Made by a program: the position numbers and the translations under genes. A DNA stretch of 60,000 bases, from positions 14,882,001-14,942,000 of the forward strand of contig OZ249436.1 of NCBI GenBank assembly GCA_965235115.1, written 5' to 3'. The notes beneath the pieces are model-generated. The model saw only the letters and a list, made by a program, of their open reading frames with translations, did no database searches and was not told the DNA's origin. This document shows positions 13,401 to 24,825 of this stretch, one piece after another. Position 1 is the first letter of the stretch. Each line of letters begins with the position of its first letter. Origin of the DNA: Laetmonice hystrix. Taxonomy: Eukaryota.

Positions 13401-15114
13401 AGAATACTACCCATTTGACTTTCAGATAAAAAAAGATGGCCAAGACAGTATGATTTAGTGGGATTGTGTATAATAATATAGTTGCATCTTTCAGAAGCTC
13501 TAAAGGCTTCACTTTGTTCCAGTTACTTGTTGACAGTGGCGAAATGGTAAAGCCAGGCTCTGGTAAAAATTTTAGAATAACCCCACGACAGTGCAATTTT
13601 GTTAAATAGCAGTTGGCCAAATGAGGCCCAACACGGCAAACAGCTTTTCAACACAATCTTAGAACTGCCATCTGTAACGTGGCTATTTTTCTGATCGGAT
13701 GGTAGTTGCAGTTCCCATGTAAACCTCACCGCTTCCGAAAAATAATCTTTTCTGGTACAACCGATTTCGTGCACGACTGCACTATAGTGTCCGAACGACT
13801 TCTGTACCTAATCTAATGAATACAATAAAAAATTGCACAGGTAATAGATACACGGTACCTAGCAGACTTTTCATGACGTTTTAACAATATAATTATGATA
13901 AATCAGTGTTCCGTAAAAGGTATATTCCTGAGGTCTGAGACACGCTGAGCGTATTGTACATAACGACTCTATCTGTCTAGATTTAAGAAAAGGAACACAA
14001 CTCCTGTGAAGACGAAGCAAAGAAAAGTAGCTGAAAGGCCTTTGTAAGATAGTGCCCTGTTATACTCCTATATGACAGTTACATTGTTGTGTCGGTGTTG
14101 ATATTTTTTTGGAGGGGGGGGGCTTGTATGTACATACTTAAAACACCCTTTGTATATAGAAGTGACCTTGTATTATGTTTATAAGTTGCATTTTCTGTCA
14201 GAATGTCTGTAGCCATTTAATTTATATTTATAAAGTAGAGCTGACGAAGGGCAGTCCTCTTATCTGTTGCCCTAAGAGCAGTAAGTTATAATGTCCAGAC
14301 GATCAGCCCTTCACAGAGACTGGCGGGAGCTGAGCAGTGAACGAACGAACAAATAAATGTGTCGCATTATATAAGTGGAAACCTTTTGTTGACTCTGAGC
14401 AGTAAACGCGGACCAAAGATCTGAGCATTTGTCTTTTCAAGATATCGCCTTCTCGCACGCTTTGCAGGGTGTATTAATTATCTTATAAAGATATAAGAAC
14501 AATGGCTTTATGTCTCTGCCGTAGTAAGACGTGTGTGTGGAGGGGTGCGTGTGGTTCTAGTGTTCGAACGATGACGAATCCCAGGAAACCTTGCCAGCTT
14601 TGCTCACGGCATTAATTTGATGTACACAGTCGCGTCTCAAAGTATCAATGTGCAACACTTGCGGAACGACTGTGAACCCATAATATTCAGTTGTGCGTAA
14701 CCTATGTCAAGGTGAGGATGTATATTTGAATATGTAGCCTAAAGGTCAGATAACGACGAACAAAACGGTACCCATCCTCTAATTATGTTATACAGTTATA
14801 TGGTTAAACAGTGGCCCTGTTTTATATTAATCCCATTGTATATTAAAGAATGTAATTATTCCTAACTACTTTATGGCTTGCTTTTCTTTCTTTGGTAAAT
14901 TACGAGTTATAAGCCTATACTTATCCTTGCTCCAGAAGTCATTCAATCTTATCATCAATTCGGAAATCACATTTGTTGATTGTTGTGTTTGAGCGTCCGT
15001 ATACAATTATATTATAATTGCTGATTTTTCACTCCCACCCATGACACACAGGGCACGTGCCCTCCCCCCGTACCCTCACGGTATAGTAGTACCAGGGTAG
15101 CCACCACAACCTTC

Positions 15115-15257
15115 GGCACAAGTCAGTAGGCTGCCGAATAGTCCGGTGGAAGGACTTCCGTTTTCGTAACGCTATGGGGTGGCAGTAATACGGCCGTGGG
15201 GATTCTATATCTATATTCTTACCCGTGACGTCACGGCAGTTCTCCGACTTGAGCCCT
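15115..15257 (-). repeat. Dispersed repeat, copy 2
   Basis: Reverse complement of 9292-9434; carries a full CRE palindrome TGACGTCA. Confidence 0.9.
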
Positions 15258-15574
15258 TTAATTCGACCAGATTTCCCCTTTCTAAAGGTAGGGGAAGGTT
15301 AATTAAATTAAAGACGTGGTCAGTTCAGACAATGGTATAAGAATAGATTTTTTTAACGCAAAATGCCCCCCCCCCCCCGGATCTGCTACTGGGGTCGGTT
15401 ACCTTGATGACAGGTGATATATTAGATATTACGAATCATTGCGGAGAATGTGTTTCTAGCGTAGCTGACAAGTGTTGACTCGGTGTGACGCTGTGATCGG
15501 ACGGTAGGCTGGCCAGGGTATACGGCGCGTTACGATCGCTGCCCGCCCGCTCGCCCCGACCTCCTCCTACCCCG

Positions 15575-15582
15575 TATAAATA
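15575..15582 (+). promoter_or_regulatory. TATA box of the cysteine-rich peptide precursor gene
   Basis: TATAAATA preceded by GC-rich boxes, about 135 bp before ATG 15711. Confidence 0.65.
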
Positions 15583-15710
15583 CGGGCGTGCATCAACCAG
15601 CTGCCACTCCTCCATACGACCGTCGATCAGCCCACTCCTGTCGGGGGCCGCCGAGAGTGCCGATCAAACTAACTAAGGGGGAAAATACTTGCACACAAAA
15701 TATACCCACG

Positions 15711-18700
15711 ATGGAGAAAATCCTCAACCCTGTTTCAAGGTAAGGTCCTCATTCCTATTAACTTAATTTCTAGGTAGAGCCAAAGGTAGACCGGAGCCTG
15801 GGGGGGGGGGGGGAGCTGCCCCCTGAGATTTCTGATTTATATTTTTATGAAATCCCCAACATTAACCTGCTGGTATACTTGCTCAGGAGGCCAGGCTTCG
15901 GCCCTGGACGAGACACAATAAGTAATAGCTTAGTAAATTATTACTAAGACTGACATTACTAGCCGAAAGAAACGCTTGAGAGTTTGCCCATAGACAGACT
16001 GTGTGACAGGGAGAAGAGCTGCACATAGACAGACTGTGACATGGAGAAGAATTGCCTAAAGACAGACTGTGACTGTGTGACCAACGAGTGTAACAGAGAG
16101 AAGACCTGCCTATAGACACACTGTGTGACAAGGACAAGATTGAACTACCTATAGACAGACTGTGACACGGAGAAGAACTGTCCATAGACAGATTTTGTGA
16201 CAGGGACAAGACTGAACTACCTATAGACAGACTGAGACAGGGAGAAGAACTGTCCATAGACAGACTGTGACACGGAGAAGAACTGCCCATAGACAGATTT
16301 TGTGACAGGGAAATGAACTGCCTATAGACAGACTGTGACAGGGAGAACTGCCTATATACAGACTGTGAGAGGGAGAACTGCCTATAGACAGACTGTGTGA
16401 CAGGGACAAGAACTGCCTAGAGACAGACTGTGACAGGGAGAACTGCCTATAGACAGACTGTGTGACAGGGAGGAGAACTGCCTATATACAGACTGTGAGA
16501 GGGAGAACTGCCTATAGACAGACTGTGTGACAGGGACAAGAACTGCCTATAGACAGACTGTGAGAGGGAGAACTGCCTATACAGTCTGTCTATAGGAAGT
16601 TCTCCCTGTCACAGTCTGTCTCCAGTTCTCCCTGTCACAGTCTGTCTATAGGCAGTTTTCCCTGTCACAGTCTGTATATATATACAGACTGTGAGAGGGA
16701 GAACTGCCTATAGACAGACTGTGACAGGGAGAACTGGAGACAGACTGTGACAGGGAGAACTGCCTATAGACAGACTGTGACAGGGAGAACTGCCTATAGA
16801 CAGACCATGTAAGGGAGACAAGAGCTGCCTATAGACAGACTGGAGAAGAACCGGCATTAAATCAAAACCTACACACCCGTACATTGTAAACCATTGTAAA
16901 CCCTGAGACCAGAGCGCCTAGGCCCCTCTCGCATGCATGGTTGTAGGCCTATTCGTTCGTTGTCCAATTAAACACAGGGATACCAACATTTATTTTGGTT
17001 TCCCCTGACGACATCGATATCAGGCAAATATTTTTATACCCACATGCCTATTCTCGATCAACATAAGCAGAATCTTTCTCAAACAGCACTTTAATGAATA
17101 TTTCCGATGTGTAACTCTAAACCTGTAATCAAACTGTGAAGTGTGCCCCGGCGTAGAACGATTTCTGCCAAAGTGTCATGAAACCTGATCAAACGTCACC
17201 GGATTTTTTCTTTTCTTCTTTTTTAGATTCAGTGCAACGGTCGTAGTCGTTATATTGGTAGCGCTTTGCAACAGTAGTGTGTCGACAGGTATGACTATCT
17301 TCACTGTGTTTTACGTTGGTTTAGTTCTTTTTACGTTCATGTACGAAATATGTAGTATAGCCCCATATTGGGTTAACTCGGGCATAAACCGATCCATGAA
17401 GAAAGGTCGCACTCCCCGTCGTTGTCGATGAAAAGCTGCAACATTCCCACCATTCCGGACTCCCTCGGGCATATGACGTCACTTCCTGCTATTAGAATAT
17501 ACCCTCGGGTGGATTAATGGCCATGTTTGGCAACCGGATACATGGCCAAATGGAGGTGTGTAGCGAGGCACTGAGTGAACCGTCATATCCTATCGAGCCA
17601 GGAAGTAGTGCATTATGCTCCTGCTCCTTCGGCGTTATATGTGCAAATATAAATTTCTGGTATGAAGGGGAACGTTTGAAGAAGAAAAATGAATCACCTA
17701 ATTTACCTAAATGGGCGTGATACGGTAATTTATCAAATTATGGGAAGCAATATGGCCGCGCCCATGAACGACAATACCACGACACATGGTAGGACTACTT
17801 GTATCATGAACATGATACTATCGTAATATTGCCCACTGACTTTGGGGAAAGCACTGGAGGCCTATTTTAGTTGCTTCCATGCCTGATGCAGGCAAAATAC
17901 TGCAAGCATTGCCGTGCTGGCGAGAGTCCCGGTTAAATATACCCGTTTAGTAATTCGTGGCCACATATCCGTGCGCATATTTAGTAATTCGTGGCCACGG
18001 TTTAGTAATCGAATCCGTGCGCACGGTTTAGTAATTCGTGGCCACGAATTACTAAACATTTGTCCTTTTTATGGTGTCCTCCCATAATTTATGGGACAAT
18101 CTTGCTTCAATTTCAGAAATAAGTATTGTACAACTGGTTGGAGTGAGAAAGGTGTGGGCATCTTGATCTGTGAAATGGGATAGCCCAAATTCTCAGAAAT
18201 CGACAAGATTTCGACAGGACTGTATGAATAGGAATTAGGCACTTATAATGAACTTATAAGTATAGTCCAGTATAGATGCAATTAACATTAATTAATCTTG
18301 CAAAGGCTTCAACTGGAAACATACATTTACCATCCATACTAGGAATCATTTCATTAAACTTGCCCTAAAAGGTAAATACCAGTAAAGGTGAAATGATTTA
18401 CCTTGCACTATCCATTCACAAAAACATCTCCATGTGATGACAAGCTTTTAACATCTAGCTAATATAACTTGTACAATTTTCCTATTTTTTTGTGTAATGT
18501 GTATCGGTACTTACACGAATGGTTTCGTGTTAAAAGAAGAAACTTGGGACATCCATTCATTTTTTTACATGAACTGAGGAGTACTTACCAGCTAGTAATG
18601 CATGAGTAGTACGGAGCCCTGTTGGGGACATGACGAGAAAAAAAATTGTGGCGATCTCGAAATTACCACTTAGAGACGTCTGTAACAACCACTTTTGTCA

Positions 18701-20931
18701 TTTTTACCACTTTTGTCACAGGTCACCACTTTTGTCACACAAAATGGCCACTTTTGTCACAGGTCACCACTTTTGTCACAACGTTGCCCACTTTTGTCGT
18801 TCTTAAGGACATCACTTTAGTCATAATTTTTTGACCGGTTTTGTTAAACTTGTCAAGGCCAAAATAGACAGCGTGGCAGAAATGAGATGGTTTACGGATA
18901 ACAGATCCATGAAGTCAGGGGGCACATATTGCATTAGTTGATATTAAAACTTTTACTCCTTCATGATACCCCCATTCCACTTAGGCCGATCGACCACGAT
19001 CTGGAGAACGGGAACGATCGTATTTGGAACGGTTTTGGAACGGGGCCAGATCGGGATGATCGTAAATGGAACTCCTTCGATCCTGGTCGGTCGGGGAGAT
19101 CGTATAGATCGGGACGGACTTTTGAACATGTTCAAAATTTCGTCCCGATCTATACGATCTGAACTGAGCGTAGTCCGATCGAAATGATCGTACTTAGAAC
19201 GGCTTGGTCGTAGTTAGAACGGATTGATCGTGATGACAGCGTCGTTGCAGCGGGAGGATTATGTTGTCCTGTTTCGACGACGATCGTTACCGATCGGTCC
19301 CGCTTCAATGCCGATCCATGTTGACCCATGGCTGTCTACGAAGATACTGATGATCGTAGCCAATCGGGGCCTATTTATACGGATCGCGACCTGAAATCTG
19401 CTTTTTAGTCGGGTTAAAGACGGGAATGGAGCGTAGTTACATCGGTTTGGTCGGGAATGACGTAGTTGAAACGGCAACAGATCGGCACCATCGGCGTTGG
19501 ATCAGTTTTCGATCGGCGGCAATCGGAATTGCAGCGTAGCGTACGCGAGCGGCAACACATCGGCTCCAAACGGCTTCGATCGGGTCTTCAGGGAACCGAT
19601 CTACCCACGATGAGCGTGGTTACAGCGTATTGATCGTAATCGGAGCGTACTTAAAACGTACTTAGAACGTAGATACAGCGTAGATGACCTTTTTTTGGCC
19701 AAAGTGTCCCGATCGCTCCCGACCTGGGGATCGGGGCTACTCGGGGCCAATCGGCCTAAGTGGAATTGGGGCATGAACAAACAATAATCAAGTAAGCAAG
19801 ATGTGTGTGGTAAAGAGTGTAGGTGAAAGCTATGCCAGTATACGCCCTCCTCTAATAAAGTCTTGTGCTATAAATACCAGGCAGTGGTTCCTATTGTCCA
19901 GGTTTGTTTGTCACACCTCACGCCGGCGACTCTGTACGCCAGTCAGTCAGTTACAGTCAACAGTTTTACCTCTAGACAGTATGCCACCGCCAGACATGCT
20001 TGGTTGTACACCTTGTTTTCATTTGGACAGACAGGACGGTGGAAATGGTGTCTTGATTAATGTGAAATATGTCTACCTGTAAAACCTTCTGACCTTTAAG
20101 TCGGTGTTCATTTATATTGCCTTGTGGTAAAGAACACACTAAAATACAGCCATGTAGGCAATTGGTTTTGGAGGTGAGATCCTAATTTGTATATAAATGA
20201 CTGTAACTATGTTGACCTTGACGTTGGGTGACGACTGTCGTATGCAGAACGTCGGTGTCACGTGCCTCATTGTCCATGGTGCCCTGATTTTATCATTTTT
20301 ATTAATATGTTTTAATGAAATCAACTTGCAGGAAGAAACTATGGATGGTCCCCCTATTTTTAGTGCTACAGACGAGATCTACACCTCCAGGGCTTTGGTT
20401 GTTGCCTGTAAAATGTTTTTATCTTAGTAAAACAATGTGGTTGTGTGGGACACCACTCTGGAGGTCCAGCTTGACCTCCACACTATATAAAGCCAGGAAA
20501 CCACTGGTCAAGTGTACCGTGAAGGGTCACGTCTGAAAGTATCGCTTAGATAGACTCGGGTCTGTCTCCCATGAACTGGCTGATGGGTCGGAAGGAGCTT
20601 GCATGGGTCCACGTTCGGTCGTAGTCTGGCAACACGTGCTGATGGTTCAAACACTGACAGTATGATGAGTCACTTAGTGTCCACTTGGAGGCGGGAGGGT
20701 GCAAGCCTGAGAAAAGTGCGACATGACTCTTCTAAAGGGATGTAGCAATACAACCCGTTCCCCGGCAGTGGGTCGATCTGTGGCACAGTTCCGTATGGCG
20801 GCTATCATTGGGTTATCACGTGTTGTCTCAGACGCCAGATCTTCGAACGGTAGGATGAACGAATCTAGTCGACTAAGACCAAATTCACTTTTTCTTTTTT
20901 TCTTCTCTCTCTCTCTCTCTCTGTCTCTGTC

Positions 20932-20974
<43 letters not shown>

Positions 20975-20975
20975 G

Positions 20976-21015
<40 letters not shown>

Positions 21016-22056
21016 CCCCATATCTCTCATAAAATAATAGTGGGGCAAGACAAAGCAACACAACAGGGCCCCGTTGCTCCTAATCTGCGTAGTTCGTTTC
21101 TTAATCTTATTCTTTAAGGCTCTTCTAAAATATTACTGTTACCAAATCCATTTTGGAGTGTGTGGTTACCTAATAAGACACTCGAGGGACATGTTTTGGT
21201 TAAAACCTTGCATATACGCCACCGATTTTATTAAGAAAAACTTAAAATCTTTGAGGCTGTCTCATAGGAAGTAAGAATTTTCACGTTTTTCTACGATAAG
21301 ATAAGATACGAAATAATGTAGAGCAACACTTGACCGTTATTATCCTAATTTTCTTTAAAGAATGTACTAATGAATCCTGGAGCAATGGGGCCCAGTACTT
21401 GTAAGATCTTACACTATATGAGAGAAGTGTCATGTATGTGACCGCGTCATCGCCTAAACATATATGACTTTTCTATTACCAATGTGCAAGGGTTGACCCT
21501 GGAGTTTATAGGCCTACAATCCATTTGTATAATACTTAAGTTTTTCTAATACTTGCATGCTAAGGCATATTATTGATTTGACCTCCCCTTTTTATGTTTT
21601 TTGCTGCACCTCTGCCACCCCATTTACGATATTATGGATCCTTCACAGTTCATTTGGGACATCTGAAGCCATTTTTAGAATTAGAGTCGACCATGTCTAT
21701 AATTATAATTGTGATATGTTCCAGTGGTCTCGGTAGAGAGCCTGCCTCCCTTGGAGCCGGAGAACTCGCTGATGTCGGCTCAGACTGATGATGACCAGCA
21801 GTGGGATCCAGCACTGGAGCTCATCTCTAAACGAGGAATCAACTCCTGCTCTTGTTGCTCCAGTAAACAGCTGTTCGTCTGCTGCGAGGAATGCCGTCGG
21901 ATAAAGACTCGCACATCGACGGCCGCCATGGTGAACCTGCTGCAGGTGCCCCGCGGACTGGGCAGGCTCCGCGACTCCGTCTGCTTCTGCTGCGAAAAAA
22001 GCAAGCGACAAAAATGTTGTTCGCGCTGTCTTCTTTTGCAAGAATTACTTCCTTAG
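15711..22056 (+). CDS. Secreted prepropeptide (140 aa) with two tandem 6-Cys peptides; neuropeptide/toxin-like precursor
   Basis: Exons 15711-15739, 17227-17288, 21725-22056 (GT-AG, phases 2 and 1, 423 nt): MEKILNPVSRFSATVVVVILVALCNSSVST...DDDQQWDPALELIS-KR-GINSCSCCSSKQLFVCCEEC-RR-...-RLR-DSVCFCCEKSKRQKCCSRCLLLQELLP*; AATAAA at 22288. Confidence 0.8.
15985..16850. repeat. About 30-bp minisatellite (CCTATAGACAGACTGTGACAGGGAGAACTG) with an internal inverted block
   Basis: Direct repeats; orientation flips at about 16581-16675. Confidence 0.95.
17946..18057. repeat. Short tandem repeat TTTAGTAATTCGTGGCCAC
   Basis: 3-4 copies plus an inverted terminal copy. Confidence 0.8.
18688..18798. repeat. 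Short tandem repeat CCACTTTTGTCAC
   Basis: About 6 copies with short spacers. Confidence 0.85.
18967..19773. mobile_element. Non-autonomous PIF/Harbinger-like element, 3-bp TGA target duplication, interior rich in GATCG
   Basis: tga|TaCCCCcATTCCACTTAGGCCGAT ... ATCGGCCTAAGTGGAATtGGGGcA|tga. Confidence 0.8.
20903..21008. repeat. (CT)n microsatellite
   Basis: Direct observation. Confidence 0.97.
21067..21392. mobile_element. Harbinger-like MITE, CAG target duplication
   Basis: cag|GGCCCCGTTGCTCC ... GGAGCAATGGGGCC|cag. Confidence 0.75.
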
Positions 22057-23189
22057 CGGACCAAGGGCTATTAAGGAATCTAGGGGTCTATAAAGACACT
22101 ATTGTAATCGTAAGGTTTTTTCTGCATGTCCATTTTGTATTTGATGTAAGCAGGACACTGGAAACCACTGCGGAGATGTTTCTGTAAAGTAGAATGACAT
22201 TTCCTCAATCACCATGATAGGCCTAGACTGATGTTTCACTGAATCAGATGGTCCCCAAACTTACATTAATACTAGCGTAGGCCTTGGAATAAAAGGAACA
22301 CAGTGATGCCTCTTCTTGTATTTTAATAGTCGGCGTGCGCCTAACACTGTAGCAGGCCTACATATTGAAAACAAGCTTTACCGCCAACCGCAGAACGTTA
22401 TCCACATAGGCCTATACTATCACCTGGTCGGGGAGGGGGTGGGGGTGGGGTTAAAAAGTACCAGTAAATAGAGGATTTTTGAAAATTTCACGGTCCGTTC
22501 AAAGATTTCCATGGTCCTCAAGTCACAGTCCGTGTGGCGTCGCCTAGTGACAGCTAGCGCAGCGATCAGAAAACGGGCCTGAGGACGGACCGGTCATGTA
22601 GGTCAGATGAAAGGAATTTATAATACTAATTTTATATCCATAACATATTTGATTTTAGGGGAAATAAATGGAAATTTTGAAAATCACACATTAAAGGTTC
22701 AATTGAGGTCAATTGATATGCAAATTACGGTGTCGATACCACGTCCAAGCATGCACTTTTGAGAAGCCATTATTGCTCCGCATGGTTTTTGTTTTACTCC
22801 CCACTTAGCATATACTATGTCATTCAAGGGGGAAGTGACTGAAACACTGTACAGGTCTTAGTACATATAGGCCTATACGATCAATATGTTTTACTCACGA
22901 CTGGGATAGAAAATGTTGGAATTGTGTGTAGGCCTATTTCTAGTTCAAATCAACGACACGGCCGATCTATTTCAATCATGTCACACTTTATTGTGTAACC
23001 CGCGAGAGTAAAAATCTTGGGCCTCTATCAGTTTGGCAGGTCTATGTTGCTGGGCCTACGTACACTAGGACCTGAAGTCCGTTTACCCTAAAACCGGGAT
23101 GGGCCGACCATGCAGTTATAACAACCGACCGAAAGTGGCCTTGGACTGAATAGGTCCCCAACGCCAACGGACGAGGTTATGGAGATAAA

Positions 23190-23934
23190 AGACAGGTTCT
23201 GCTATCCCGTTCCGTCTCCGGCTCCGGGATCGGCTATGCCGATCTCGGAGCCGGAGACGGAACGTCGGATTCTGGTTCTGCTACGCCGGCGCCGCCGCGT
23301 AATAGGAAGTCAATTTTTTTATACTCAGGTCTACCATTTTGGCCGGCGGACCCCGCATATCGAATTGCCATCATATGGCGGTCGGAAAAAAAACCCCGCG
23401 AACATGGCCGCGTACCTCTAAAACTTTACAACCTAGCTTTCACCAAATTTTCAGAGAATAGAGAGACACATGTTTTTAGTCGATATTGCAAATTTCATAA
23501 GAATCGGTTCAGAAATTACATTTCTGTCGATGGTAATTTGAACCCCTATCTGGGTCCTATCCCATTGTGTCGCCCTGCGAGCGCCATGCGATGACACGGC
23601 CTAGCTGCAGTGAATGCAAAACAGCAAATCACTTTATGACCAAAATAGTTGAAAATACCACGAGATAATTGTGCTGACAGCCGATTCACTAAAGTCTTCA
23701 AATATTAATCCAACTACTTGACACTTCAAATCCATTGTATCAACTCATGGAAAGAAGAAATCGAGGAAAACCCTACGCCGTTAGACACTTACGGGACACA
23801 GCCGATCTATCTCGGCACCCGGGAACGGCTCAGCTTCAAATACGCGCGTCTCGATGACGTCACGGTATTTTCTGATGACGCGATGCTGTGCTAAGCCGGA
23901 GCCGGAGACGGAACCGGGATAGCAGAACCTGTCT
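23190..23934. mobile_element. MITE with about 40-bp terminal inverted repeats, AG...CT termini
   Basis: AGACAGGTTCTGCTATCCCGTTCCGTCTCCGGCTCCGG ... CCGGAGCCGGAGACGGAACCGGGATAGCAGAACCTGTCT|at. Confidence 0.85.
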
Positions 23935-24166
23935 ATAGTCAGGTGGGCGGCGTCCATAAAAAGGCTGAGAATCACTGATCTACCATGAGAGCACCCAGTC
24001 GTATCGAGGGGGTAGTTTTCTCCATATTATTCCTCAACGATTGGGGGTGGGGGGGGGGGGGGGTGAACTGGACCAAAAGTGGTGATATAATCCGGTGTTG
24101 ATTGGTTGGCTTGAAGGAACTTTCAGTCTATGGATCTATGAACAAACGATTCACATTTATACGTCA

Positions 24167-24825
24167 TGATGTACGTATAAGCACTGCAGTACATGCGTCC
24201 AAACAAGTTATAGCGCCAACCGCTGATGTACGTACCTATAAGCACTGCAGTACATGCGTCCAAACAAGTTATAGCGCCAACCGCTGATGTACGTACCTAT
24301 AAGCACTGCAGTACATGCGTCCAAACAAGTTATAGCGCCAACCGCTGATGTACGTACCTATAAACACTGCAGTACATGCGTCCAAACAAGTTATAGCGCC
24401 AACCGCTGATGTACGTACCTATAAGCACTGCAGTACATGCGTCCAAACAAGTTATAGCGCCAACCGCTGATGTACGTACCTATAAGCACTGCAGTACATG
24501 CGTCCAAACAAGTTATAGCGCCAACCGCTGATGTACGTACCTATAAGCACTGCAGTACATGCGTCCAAACAAGTTATAGCGCCAACCGCTGATGTACGTA
24601 CCTATAAACACTGCAGTACATGCGTCCAAACAAGTTATAGCGCCAACCGCTGATGTACGTACCTATAAACACTGCAGTACATGCGTCCAAACAAGTTATA
24701 GCGCCAACCGCTGATGTACGTACCTATAAGCACTGCAGTACATGCGTCCAAACAAGTTATATCGCCAACCGCTGATGTATGTACCCATAAGCACTGCGTC
24801 CAAACAAGTTATAGCGCCAACCGCT
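24167..24825. repeat. 61-bp tandem repeat, about 11 near-identical copies
   Basis: Unit GATGTACGTACCTATAAGCACTGCAGTACATGCGTCCAAACAAGTTATAGCGCCAACCGCT. Confidence 0.97.

Noticed and set aside
15883..16409. Ser/Cys/His-rich ORFs
   Set aside because: Translations of the minisatellite
20330..20670. Possible solo LTR with TATA-like motif
   Set aside because: No TG...CA ends, duplication or second copy found
20674..21063. RE-repeat and SL-repeat ORFs
   Set aside because: Translations of the (CT)n microsatellite
24167..24825. Possible CRISPR or guide-RNA array
   Set aside because: Head-to-tail identical units with no unique spacers
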